Shown here piece by piece: positions 44,539 to 53,830 of a DNA stretch of 64,000 bases. How positions within the stretch are numbered: the stretch's first letter is position 1; each line of letters starts with the position of its first letter. A program made the position numbers and the translations under genes. The notes beneath the pieces were generated by a model. The model ran no database searches and was not told the DNA's origin. It saw only the letters and a list, made by a program, of their open reading frames with translations. Source of the DNA: Candidatus Multivoradales bacterium (GTDB lineage: Bacteria > Acidobacteriota > Thermoanaerobaculia > Multivoradales > J023); assembly GCA_965248925.1 (NCBI GenBank), contig CBDFLE010000006.1, positions 4,832,001 to 4,896,000 of the forward strand. The letters are read 5' to 3'.

Positions 44539-47500
44539 TCAATGCCAATCGTGACTGGGGGTCGGTGCGAGCTGCTCGATGGGCCAGAACTTTTCCGCTC
44601 TGACCGATAGCGAGCCGTCTTTCTTTTGCAGAATCCCTTCGATGACCAGGCCCGGGGAGCGGGTGATCAGCAGGCGCTGGCGTTGCAGTAGGTCGGGGCG
44701 TACCAACGCTTGGGCCATGCCGGTTTCGTCTTCCAAGGTGATGAACAGCATGCCCTTGGCGGTGCCGGGGCGTTGGCGGACGATCACCGAGCCAGCAAAA
44801 CGCACCCGCTTGCCGGCCGGGTGCGCCGGTAGCTCGGCGGTGCTCAACACTCCCTGTCCCTTGAGTTTTTGGCGGGCGTAGGCGATCGGGTGATGGCCGA
44901 CGGTGAGGCCGGTGGAGGAGAAATCGGCGACGGTTTGCTCCAGCGGCGTCATCTCGGCCAGCGGCGAGGGGGTGCGCGCCGGCTCAGCGGCGAAGAGCGG
45001 TCCGGCGCTGCGCCCCAGACGGGCCGCTTGCCATTGCGCTTCGCGGCGGCTCAAGCCGAAGCCGGCCAGGGCGCCGGAGTAGGCCAGTTTGTCGAGCTGG
45101 TCGTGGCGTAGCCGGCAGCGATGGGCGAGATCCTCGGCGCTGGAGAAAGGTTGCTGCCGTCCCTCGGCTTCGATCCGCAGACCGACCTCGCGGGGTAGCC
45201 CGCGGACGTAGCGTAGGCCGAGGCGGATCGCCCCAGGAGGGCGACGCCGTCGATCTGGCGGTAGCTGCTCTTCGTCGTCGCGATCTTCCCAGCTGCAACG
45301 CCACTGGGAGCAGCGCACGTCTACCGGCCGTACCACCACGCCGTGGCGGCGGGCGTCTTGGATCAGGGTTGCCGGATGGTAGAAGCCCATCGGCCAGGCG
45401 TTGAGCAGCGCCAGGGTGAAGGAGGTCGGGTGGTGCACCTTGAGATAGGCGCTGGCGTAGGCGATCAGCGCGAAGCTGGCGGCGTGCGATTCGGGGAAAC
45501 CATAGAGGGCGAAGGAAGTGATCGATTGCACGATCTGGTCTTGTGCCTGGCCGACGATGCCGCGCCGGGTCATGCCGCGGCGCAGCCGCTCTTCGATCGA
45601 TTCCATCCGCTCGGCGGAGCGTTTGAAGCCCATCGCTCGGCGCAGTTCCTCGGCTTCGCCGCCACTGAAACCAGCCGCCACCATGGCCAGGCGCAGCAGC
45701 TGCTCCTGGAAAATCGGTATGCCCAGGGTGCGTTCCAGGATCGGCTGCAGGCTGGGGTGGGGATATTCCACCGGTTGGCGGCCTTGGCGGCGCTCGAAAA
45801 AGGGATGCACCATACCGCCGACGATCGGTCCGGGACGGATGATCGCCACTTGGATCACCAGATCGTAGAAGCGCCGCGGCGCGTTGCGCGGTAACGAGGC
45901 CATCTGTGCCCGGCTCTCGATCTGGAACACCCCCACCGTATCGGCGCGGCGCAGGGCGCGGTAGACCGCCGGATCGTCGGCTGGCAGGTGGGCCAGGTCG
46001 AGGTTGACCTTCTCCTTGGTGCGCACCAACGGTACTGCCTCTTCGAGGGCGTTCAACATGCCGAGACCGAGCAGGTCGACTTTGATGATGCCCAGGTCGG
46101 CGCAGTCGTCCTTATCCCACTGCACGACGACTCGACCGGGCATCGAGGCGGGTTCGAGCGGTACCACCTCGTCGAGCCGGCCGGCGGCGATCACCATGCC
46201 GCCGGAATGTTGACCCAGGTGGCGCGGCAGGTTGTGGACCTGCTGCCACAGTTTGCCGAAAAGTTGCACCCGGCGCTCCTCGGGATCGAAACCGGCGGCG
46301 CGCAGCTCGTCCGGTAGTGAACGTTGATCGCCGCGGCTGGCGTCGTAGCGCATCGAGCCGAGTTGCCGCGACAGCTTACCGATTTGCTCGGTGGAGAAAC
46401 CCAGTGCCTTGCCCACTTCGCGGGCCGCCAGCCGGTCGCGGTAGGTGATCACATTGGCGGTCATCGCCGCGCCGTGGGGGCCGTAGCGTCCGTAGACGTA
46501 TTGGATCACCCGCTCGCGCTTCTCTCCTGATGGCAGGTCGAGGTCGATGTCAGGCCACTCGCCGCGCTCCTCGGAGAGGAAGCGTTCGAAGAGCAGATCC
46601 ATCTTCACCGGATCGACGGCGGTGATCGACAGGGCGTAGCACACCGCGCTGTTGGCCGCCGAGCCACGCCCCTGGGCGAGAATGCCCTGGCGCAGGCAGA
46701 AGCGCACGATGTCCCAGACGATCAGAAAGTAGCCCGCCAGTTCGAGCTTCTCGATCACCGCCAATTCCTTGGCGATTTGCTCCTGAGCGCGAGCGCTGAA
46801 AGGGCGGAAGCGGGCACGGGCGCAATTCCAGGTCACCTCGCGCAAGTAGGAGCTGGCGCTCTCGCCCGGTGGCAGCGGATAGGCGGGAAAGCGGTAGCCC
46901 AAGTCGGCGAGGGTGAAGCTGCAAGCCTCGGCCAGGCGCAGGCTCTCGTCCAGCGCTGCCGGCAGGTCGGCGAATAGCTCGGCCATCTCGGTGGCGCTCT
47001 TCAGATGCCGTTCACGCTCCATCGCCAGCTGGCGGCCAGCAATGTCCAGGTGGGTGCCGTGGCGCAGGCAGGTGAAGACATCGTGCAGCGGCTTGTCCCG
47101 GCGCCTGGCGTAGCGCACGCCGTTGGTGGCGACCAGCGGCAAGCGCAGGCGTTGGGCGAGGGCCAGCAGAGCTTGGTTGCGGTGCTCCTCGTCGCGCAGC
47201 CGGTGACGCTGCAATTCGACGTGCAAGCGGCCGTCGAAGGTTGCCGCCAGCTGCTCGAGCACCTGCCGGGCGGCCCCCAGATCCCGCGCCAACGCCTGGC
47301 TCAGTGGCCCTTCCGGCCCGCCGCTCAGGCAATGCAGTCCAGCGGCATGCTCGGCCAACATCTGCCAGCTGACCCGCGGGTCGCCCTTGGGCCGATCGCG
47401 GGCGGCGGCGGTGAGCAGTCGGCAGAGGTTGCGGTAACCCTGGTGGTCACGGGCCAGGAGGGTCACCCGCTGAGCGCTGATCGATTGTCGACTGGCCTCG

Positions 47501-47901
47501 CGGCGGGTGATCCGCGAGCGTGGCCCGGCGCCGCGAGACAGGTCGTCGATCAGCGCCACCTCCGCGCCCACCAGCGCCCGCAGGCCGGCTTCCTTAGCCG
47601 CTTTGTGCAGCCGCGGTGCGCCGTAGACTCCGCCCCGGTCGGTCAGCGCGATCGCCGGCAGGCCGAGCTTGGCGGCTTGCTCGACCAGATCCTCCGGCGG
47701 CGAGGAGCCATCGAGAAATGAAAACGCTGAGATCGCATGCAACTCGGCATAGCGCCGCGGTGAGCGCTTGGGAGGCCGGCTGTAGGTGCGCCGCCGCAGG
47801 TTTTCCTTGCGCGCGCCGGGCCCCAGGGCGCGCCGTTTGCCGTCGCCACTGCTGCTGCCGAGGTTGCGGGGGGGAGGGGTGGTGAGGGTGGGTGGGGGCA
47901 T
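44539..47901 (-). CDS. dnaE2: Error-prone DNA polymerase III alpha subunit DnaE2
   Basis: YAELH..SAFSFLDG, GRGSAANS, PDIDLD, PRHLGQHSGG, QWDKDD, GFPESHAASFA, RQRPGTAKG, terminal SHDWH (S.DF/H type). Confidence 0.95.
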   Translation of the reverse strand: MPPPTLTTPPPRNLGSSSGDGKRRALGPGARKENLRRRTYSRPPKRSPRRYAELHAISAFSFLDGSSPPEDLVEQAAKLGLPAIALTDRGGVYGAPRLHKAAKEAGLRALVGAEVALIDDLSRGAGPRSRITRREASRQSISAQRVTLLARDHQGYRNLCRLLTAAARDRPKGDPRVSWQMLAEHAAGLHCLSGGPEGPLSQALARDLGAARQVLEQLAATFDGRLHVELQRHRLRDEEHRNQALLALAQRLRLPLVATNGVRYARRRDKPLHDVFTCLRHGTHLDIAGRQLAMERERHLKSATEMAELFADLPAALDESLRLAEACSFTLADLGYRFPAYPLPPGESASSYLREVTWNCARARFRPFSARAQEQIAKELAVIEKLELAGYFLIVWDIVRFCLRQGILAQGRGSAANSAVCYALSITAVDPVKMDLLFERFLSEERGEWPDIDLDLPSGEKRERVIQYVYGRYGPHGAAMTANVITYRDRLAAREVGKALGFSTEQIGKLSRQLGSMRYDASRGDQRSLPDELRAAGFDPEERRVQLFGKLWQQVHNLPRHLGQHSGGMVIAAGRLDEVVPLEPASMPGRVVVQWDKDDCADLGIIKVDLLGLGMLNALEEAVPLVRTKEKVNLDLAHLPADDPAVYRALRRADTVGVFQIESRAQMASLPRNAPRRFYDLVIQVAIIRPGPIVGGMVHPFFERRQGRQPVEYPHPSLQPILERTLGIPIFQEQLLRLAMVAAGFSGGEAEELRRAMGFKRSAERMESIEERLRRGMTRRGIVGQAQDQIVQSITSFALYGFPESHAASFALIAYASAYLKVHHPTSFTLALLNAWPMGFYHPATLIQDARRHGVVVRPVDVRCSQWRCSWEDRDDEEQLPPDRRRRPPGAIRLGLRYVRGLPREVGLRIEAEGRQQPFSSAEDLAHRCRLRHDQLDKLAYSGALAGFGLSRREAQWQAARLGRSAGPLFAAEPARTPSPLAEMTPLEQTVADFSSTGLTVGHHPIAYARQKLKGQGVLSTAELPAHPAGKRVRFAGSVIVRQRPGTAKGMLFITLEDETGMAQALVRPDLLQRQRLLITRSPGLVIEGILQKKDGSLSVRAEKFWPIEQLAPTPSHDWH

Positions 47902-47936
47902 GAGTTGGGCGTTTGAGGGTTCTTGGTCAAGGGATT

Positions 47937-47965
47937 AGTTTAGGCGTAAGTAGAGCGTAAGTCAA
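47937..47965 (-). promoter_or_regulatory. dnaE2 sigma70-type promoter with TTACGC-N5-TTACGC operator
   Basis: Minus strand TTGACT-TACGCTCTACTTACGCC-TAAACT (17-nt spacer), about 35 bp upstream of the ATG. Confidence 0.75.
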
Positions 47966-48099
47966 ATTGGCCGACAACCCAATTTCTTGGATTTGCCGCT
48001 GTGTTTACGATTCGCTGCTGTCGAGAAGGGCGATAGGATGGCGCGGTCCGATCTACGAATCAAGCAGGTATGAGCCAAGCAAGATAGTGAGGAGCAAGG

Positions 48100-48690
48100 A
48101 TGAGTGAGATCTACGTTGTGCAAGTCGAACTCGAGAATGTCCATCCACGCATATGGCGCAAACTGGAGATCCGAGTGAATGCCACCTTCTGGGCTCTGCA
48201 CTGCGCGATTCAGAATGTGATGCCGTGGCAGGACTACCACCTCCACGAGTTTCGCTTTCCAGTCGGTGATGTCGATATGCAGATTGGGATAGTCGATCCT
48301 GGGCCGGATCTGGACCTGGAGTTCCTGACCAGCTGGGGCAGCCTGGTGAAGGATTGGTTTCCATCGTTGCCGAGTCAATGTCTGTATGTCTATGACTTCG
48401 GTGACAATTGGCAGCATCGAGTAACGCTGCAGGAGCGCAAGGAGGGGCGCCAAAATGTCCGCTATCCACACTGCGTCGGTGGAGAAGGCAGGTGCCCGCC
48501 AGAGGATGTCGGCGGCATCCCCGGATTCACTCGCTTCAAGGAGGCCATGGCAGACCCAGAGCACGAAGAGCATCAGGATCTCATCGATTGGTTCGGCTCG
48601 GTCTGGAAGGAGCTGAAGTTTGATCCGGGGTCAGTAAAGTTCAGCTCGCCAACCCGTCGGCTACGAGAGGCTGGCCTTGGTCAGGAATGA
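48100..48690 (+). CDS. pRiA4b ORF-3 family (MM3350-like) protein
   Basis: P.IWR, LH.AIQ..M.W..YHLHEF, Y.YDFGDNW.H, G...CPPED.GG..G. Confidence 0.92.
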   Translation: MSEIYVVQVELENVHPRIWRKLEIRVNATFWALHCAIQNVMPWQDYHLHEFRFPVGDVDMQIGIVDPGPDLDLEFLTSWGSLVKDWFPSLPSQCLYVYDFGDNWQHRVTLQERKEGRQNVRYPHCVGGEGRCPPEDVGGIPGFTRFKEAMADPEHEEHQDLIDWFGSVWKELKFDPGSVKFSSPTRRLREAGLGQE

Positions 48691-48912
48691 CCTGAAGCGC
48701 TACGCGCCGAGGGGTCGGAGGGTTGCGGCCGATCACCTAATCCACTGATCGATGAGCCCTGGGGAGTCCGCCGATCCCACCTCGGGGACCTCAATAGTGT
48801 CATCATCAACCTCATGGCCCACCTTGAGTAGGTGCGGCCCTACGTGCGAGCGAGGGCAGAACCGAGTTAGACCCACTAGTCACCAGGACCATCACTTCAG
48901 GGAAGCACCGAC

Positions 48913-49878
48913 ATGAGCGAGTTCGATACAGCCACTTTGCTTTGGGTCGACCGCGACTCTTTCTCCCAGGAAGCCGATGCCCGGCAGGCAGCCGGAAAGC
49001 TCTCAGAAGCAGGGCGCGAGCAGCTCGAAAGCTGGCGCCGCGACGGCTATCTGGCGCTGCGAGGCGCTATCGCGCCGTCTTTGATCGATGCGTTGCTCGA
49101 CGATTACGAACAAGCGTAGCGCGACCGCCCGCCGGTCCAGGTGTTGGTCGAGGGCAAGGGTGATCAGCTCTTTGCCAACGTTGCGCCGCGGCAGGAACTC
49201 ACTCATCACCACTTCCGTATCAACGACTTCCACGAGCATTCCGCCGCCGCTCGCCAGATCATGTTCGATGAGCGGGTGGTCGGTGCCCTCAGCGCTATCT
49301 TCGATGCGCCACCGGTGGCCATGCAGAGCCTGCTCTTCGAATTTGGCAGCGAGCAGCGCATCCACCAGGATTTCCCCTACGTTTCGGCGCAAATTCCGTC
49401 GCACTTGGTCGGCTGCTGGATTGCTCTCGAAGATGTCGACGAAGACAACGGGCCGCTGTTTTATCTGCCGGGATCGCACCGCGTGCCGTGCTTCGATTGG
49501 GGCGGCGGCAAGCTGATCTTCAGTGGCCGTGACGAAAGCCAGGTGGCCGCTTTCGAGGACTACCTCGAGCAGACCTGCGCCGCGGCTGGGCTGGAGAGAA
49601 TCACCCTGCACGCCAAGAAGGGCGATGTGCTGCTCTGGCATGCCGCCCTCGCCCATGGCGGCTCGCCGGTGCATGACGCTGAGCGCACCCGCAAGAGTTT
49701 CGTCATTCACTTCTCGACCCGCGAAGCTTATCCCCGTGATCGCCGCTGGCCGCACCGCGAGCCGCAGATAGAGGAGATTGGCGGCGGCTTGCTTTACCTG
49801 CGGCCACCGGGGGCGAAGGCGGAGCGCGGCCTGCTACGCCGAGTCGCGGGGCGGCTGCGACGTGTCTTGCGCGGCTGA
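48913..49878 (+). pseudogene. Phytanoyl-CoA dioxygenase (PhyH) family 2OG-Fe(II) oxygenase with an in-frame TAG at 49117
   Basis: ORFs 48913..49119 and 49141..49878 share a frame; W.RDGY, GSEQ..HQD, WIALED, GPL...PGSH, KGD...WH..L.HGG. Confidence 0.8.
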
Positions 49879-50201
49879 ATCAGCGTGGAGATGAGTGGTA
49901 CCTTGCGTGACTCACCTTCCTCGCGCTCTTCCCGCACCGCCGAGCGTACCGTGGCAGCCGCATCTTTGGGCTGAAGAAGATCCCAGAAATCGGCCGGCAG
50001 CCGATCACTACCCAGGCGGATGAGGCCGGCTGCGGCGAGATTTGCCAGTTCACCTTCGGTGTCGCGCGAGGGGCCCAGCACGGCAATCGGGCGTCCGTGT
50101 TCGGTGACTAAGATCTGCTCGCCAGCCTTGACCAGACGAAGGCTCTCAGAGAGTCGTGCCTTGAGTTCAGAAACCGACAGAGACTTTCCGGACAGATCCA
50201 T
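49794..50201 (-). CDS. Phd/YefM-family antitoxin, orphan, with a run-on C-terminus
   Basis: SVSELKARLS..LR.VK.GE.I.VT.HGRPIA; the natural end REEREEG (~49914) has no stop and the ORF overlaps the convergent PhyH gene; no toxin downstream. Confidence 0.8.
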   Translation of the reverse strand: MDLSGKSLSVSELKARLSESLRLVKAGEQILVTEHGRPIAVLGPSRDTEGELANLAAAGLIRLGSDRLPADFWDLLQPKDAAATVRSAVREEREEGESRKVPLISTLIQPRKTRRSRPATRRSRPRSAFAPGGRR

Positions 50202-50203
50202 CT

Positions 50204-50216
50204 GACTACTTTAGTC
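50204..50216. promoter_or_regulatory. Probable antitoxin operator palindrome
   Basis: GACTA-CTT-TAGTC immediately upstream of the antitoxin ATG. Confidence 0.45.
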
Positions 50217-50354
50217 GTAGTCGTTTCTTCAGGCGAGCAAACTAGCGGATGCTATGCTGCCGGTTTCCATGTAGGAATCTCCCGCCTCGCCCTGTCCGCT
50301 TTCGGCTAGGTGCGTGTGGTGCGGGTGTCACCGAAGAATCGAGGTCGTGAGAAC

Positions 50355-52715
50355 GTGATTCGCCGCAGACTGTGTGCCCTGATTGTTCTTGGAGTGGTAG
50401 CCGTCGGCCCCACCTTGGCCTTCGCGCAGCAGCCAAATACCCTCGATATCGGAGTCCTTGCCGACGAAATGGGCGCGCAATCAGAGCAGGCCCTCAGCCG
50501 CCTGGTCGACGAGATCACCGCGGTGGTAGGCACCGATGCGACGATCCGTTTCTCGGTCGAGAATCTGCTGCAGACGGACTACGACCTGGGTCGCGCGCAG
50601 GCGATGTATCAGGCTCTGCTCGACGGCACTCCAGATGTCATTCTGGCGTTTGGACCGGTCAGCGCGCAGGCCGTGGCCAGTCGATCTGACTATCCGAAGC
50701 CGACTATACTCTTCGGCGCCGTCAACCGTGACCTCGTCGCCTTCGACGAAGAACGGACCGGTTCTGGCATCAGCAATTTCACCTATGTCGTCACTTCGCA
50801 GTCCTACGCCAGCGATCTGGCGACTTTTCGCACCCTCCACGCTTTCGACAATGTGGGTGTGGCGTTGCCGGGGGATCAGCTAGCGGTGCTGCCGGTGCGG
50901 CAGGCGTTGGAGCGAGAGTTTGCCGCTTCAGGCGGATCGTTCGAGCTGATTTCCTACAGTTCTCCGGCCAGCCTCGACCCATATCTCGGTACCATCGATG
51001 CCTTCTACCTGGCCGACGGTTGGGGCATTCCCGAAGCTGAAATCCGCGCCATCGCGACCAAGCTGATCGAACACCGCATCCCCTCGTTTTCGGGATCGCG
51101 TCGTCAGGACGTTGAGATGGGGCTCATGGCCACGACCCATCCCGAGGAGAACGTCACTCAGCTGTTCCGGCGCATCGCCCTTCATGTGGAGGCGGTGGCA
51201 AATGGTGAGGATCTCTCCGAGCGTCCCATCTTTGTCGATTTTTCCGAGCGCTTGACGGTGAACTTCAACACCGCCCAACGAGTCGGCGTTCCGCTGCGCT
51301 ACAGCCTGATCGCGACGACTGAATTTGTCGGTGATTTCGTCAATGTTCTGGCCGAACAGACTTACGAACTCGCCGATCTCGTGGATCAGGCCCTGGCTGA
51401 GAACCTGGTCATCAGAGCCGGGCGCCGAGATGTCGATCTGGCACAGCAGGAGCTACGGGTGGCTCGTAGCTCCTACCTCCCGGCGCTCTCGGCGCAGGGC
51501 ACGGCCAGCACGGTCGACCAGCGCTTGGCGGAAATTTCCGGCGGCCAGAATCCGCAGTACTCAACCTCGGCCTCGATGGTCTTGAACCAATTGCTCTATT
51601 CTCCCGGCGCGCGCGCCAACATCGACATCCAGCGAAAGCTGCTCGAGGCTCAGCAACAGAACCTGCGCGCGGCGGAGCAAGACCTGGTTCTGGAAGCTGC
51701 GAATGCCTTCTTCAACGCGCTCACGGCGAGAGCCAGCGTTCGCATCCAAAGCGAGAATCTAGAAGTTACCAGGCGAAATCTCAGGGTCGCGGAATCGAAC
51801 TTTTCGGCCGGCCAGTCTGGGCGAGGAGACGTGCTACGCCTGCGCAGCAATGCTGCTCGCGACATGCAGTCGCTGATCGAGTCGATCAATCGACTAGAGC
51901 AGGCGTTCTATACGATCAATGAGCTGTTGGACAACCCGGTCAATCGGCAGATTGACATCCGCGATCCTCTAGACGATGGAGATCCCTCCTCGAGGGAGGG
52001 ATTCGGCCAGCTGAGTGCCTTAATGGACGATCCCTCTAGTCGCGTACTTTTTGAAGACTATCTGGTGGCCAAGGCGCTTGAAAACGCGCCCGAACTCACT
52101 GCCATCGACTTCAATCGGGCAGCCGTGGACCGCACTATCGCGCTGCAGGGCAAGCAGAGATTCCTGCCGCAGATTGCCGCCTTTGCCCAATATGATCACA
52201 CCATAGATCAAGGAGGCGCGGGGACTCCAGACTCGGCCCTTCCCTCCCAGGACGGCTTCTACAGTGCTGGCGTGAACTTCTCTTTTTCGCTTTTCGATTC
52301 CAATTTGCGGAACATTGACCGCCAGAGCGCTCAGTTACAACGCGATCAACTGGACTTGAATCATCAGTCGACAACGCTGGCCATCGAAAAACGCGTCCGC
52401 GACGTAGTCTTGGAATTGATCAACCAGCTCACCAACATCGAGCTATCCGGCGTCTCGGAGGAGGCCGCCGCCGAGAGCTTGGAGCTAACCCAGGCTGCCT
52501 ACAGCTATGGCTCGGTGGGTGTGGTGGACCTGCTCGACGCGCAAACCAATCTGTTGCAGGCGCAACAGGCTCAAGTCAGCGCTGCCTATGGTTTTATGTC
52601 GACCGGGATGAGTCTCGGTCGGTTGGTGGGCCATTTCTTCATTCTCAGTTCGGAGGCCGAGAACCAAGAGTTCTTTGGCGGCTTCCAGGCTTTTTCGGGA
52701 ATAGCATCGAGGTGA
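50355..52715 (+). CDS. TolC-family outer-membrane efflux protein with an N-terminal ABC-type substrate-binding-like domain
   Basis: Signal peptide; binding-protein-like N-half (IPSFSG...VEMG...R.ALH...GED...P....L.VN..TA); TolC C-half (ALAEN, YLP, Y..G....DLLDAQ). Start uncertain. Confidence 0.85.
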   Translation: MIRRRLCALIVLGVVAVGPTLAFAQQPNTLDIGVLADEMGAQSEQALSRLVDEITAVVGTDATIRFSVENLLQTDYDLGRAQAMYQALLDGTPDVILAFGPVSAQAVASRSDYPKPTILFGAVNRDLVAFDEERTGSGISNFTYVVTSQSYASDLATFRTLHAFDNVGVALPGDQLAVLPVRQALEREFAASGGSFELISYSSPASLDPYLGTIDAFYLADGWGIPEAEIRAIATKLIEHRIPSFSGSRRQDVEMGLMATTHPEENVTQLFRRIALHVEAVANGEDLSERPIFVDFSERLTVNFNTAQRVGVPLRYSLIATTEFVGDFVNVLAEQTYELADLVDQALAENLVIRAGRRDVDLAQQELRVARSSYLPALSAQGTASTVDQRLAEISGGQNPQYSTSASMVLNQLLYSPGARANIDIQRKLLEAQQQNLRAAEQDLVLEAANAFFNALTARASVRIQSENLEVTRRNLRVAESNFSAGQSGRGDVLRLRSNAARDMQSLIESINRLEQAFYTINELLDNPVNRQIDIRDPLDDGDPSSREGFGQLSALMDDPSSRVLFEDYLVAKALENAPELTAIDFNRAAVDRTIALQGKQRFLPQIAAFAQYDHTIDQGGAGTPDSALPSQDGFYSAGVNFSFSLFDSNLRNIDRQSAQLQRDQLDLNHQSTTLAIEKRVRDVVLELINQLTNIELSGVSEEAAAESLELTQAAYSYGSVGVVDLLDAQTNLLQAQQAQVSAAYGFMSTGMSLGRLVGHFFILSSEAENQEFFGGFQAFSGIASR

Positions 52716-53818
52716 CAAACCTGACCATGAAAACACCCAGAATCCGAAGCGCGCTATTAGGTGGAATGGCGCTGCTCGCCGCGGCATGTGGCAGCAGCGA
52801 GGTGGAAGAGGAGCGAGCCCCGCGGCCGGTGCGCCAGCATGTGGTGGGCTATGCCGAGGGCGCCGTGGCTCGCACCTTCAGCGGCACCGCCGAAACCGGA
52901 AGAATCGTCAATCTCAGTTTTCGCAGCGGCGGCGTGATCACCAAGTTCGATGTTCGGCTAGGGCAAACGGTCCGCGCTCGTCAACTGCTCGCTCGCCTCG
53001 ACAACGTCGCCGCGCGACTCGCCTATGAACAGGCCATCTCGGCGCTGAATAGCGCTGCCTCGCAGATGAACACCGCCAAGTTGGCGCTCGACCGAACCCG
53101 TTCCCTGTACGAGGTCGGCACTGCTTCGCTCGGTGATTTGGAGAGCGCCAAGAATTCGTTCCGTACCGCCGAGGCCAGTCACGAGTCGAATCGAAGGAGC
53201 GTCGAGATCCAGCAGGATCAGCTCCAGTTTGGCTTCATCTACGCTCCCGAAGCGGGCACCATTGCCGCCGTGACCGCCGAGATCAACGAGAATGTGAGCG
53301 CCGGGCAGACGGTCGCGGTGCTCAATGCCGGCAGTGAGATGGAAATCGCCCTGGGGCTGCCCGAGAGTGTGATCAATCGAGTGAATTCGAGCATGGAGGT
53401 CGGAGTCTCGTTCTCTGCGCTGCCCGATCAGCCCTTCAGCGGGCGGGTTACGGAGGTTTCGCCTTCGGTCGATTCTTCGACGGCGACCTATCCGGTACGC
53501 ATCACCATCGACGATCCGTCGGTGGACATTCGCACCGGGATGGCGGCCAACGTGGTGTTCGACTTTGGCTCCGGGGAGCCGGCCAATAGTGCGTTGGTGG
53601 TGCCATCCAACTCGGTTGGCGAAGACTCCCAGGGTCGCTTCGTTTTTGTGATTCAGCGCGGCGAGGGTGACCATGCCGCGGTGCAAAAGCGGCACGTTAC
53701 GGTCGGTCCGCTGACCGCCGAGGGCTTTGTGATTCGGGAGGGCTTGGACGCTGGTCAGTCGATCGCTACCGCCGGCCTTCAGACTCTCTTGGACGGCCAG
53801 CTTGTGCGGGTCCAATAG
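52712..53818 (+). CDS. RND efflux periplasmic adaptor (MFP) lipoprotein
   Basis: Lipobox LAAAC; LSFR.GG, AP..G.I, TYPV, GM.A.V, GL..G..I.TAG. Confidence 0.92.
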   Translation: MTNLTMKTPRIRSALLGGMALLAAACGSSEVEEERAPRPVRQHVVGYAEGAVARTFSGTAETGRIVNLSFRSGGVITKFDVRLGQTVRARQLLARLDNVAARLAYEQAISALNSAASQMNTAKLALDRTRSLYEVGTASLGDLESAKNSFRTAEASHESNRRSVEIQQDQLQFGFIYAPEAGTIAAVTAEINENVSAGQTVAVLNAGSEMEIALGLPESVINRVNSSMEVGVSFSALPDQPFSGRVTEVSPSVDSSTATYPVRITIDDPSVDIRTGMAANVVFDFGSGEPANSALVVPSNSVGEDSQGRFVFVIQRGEGDHAAVQKRHVTVGPLTAEGFVIREGLDAGQSIATAGLQTLLDGQLVRVQ

Positions 53819-53830
53819 GAGCGATGGAGG

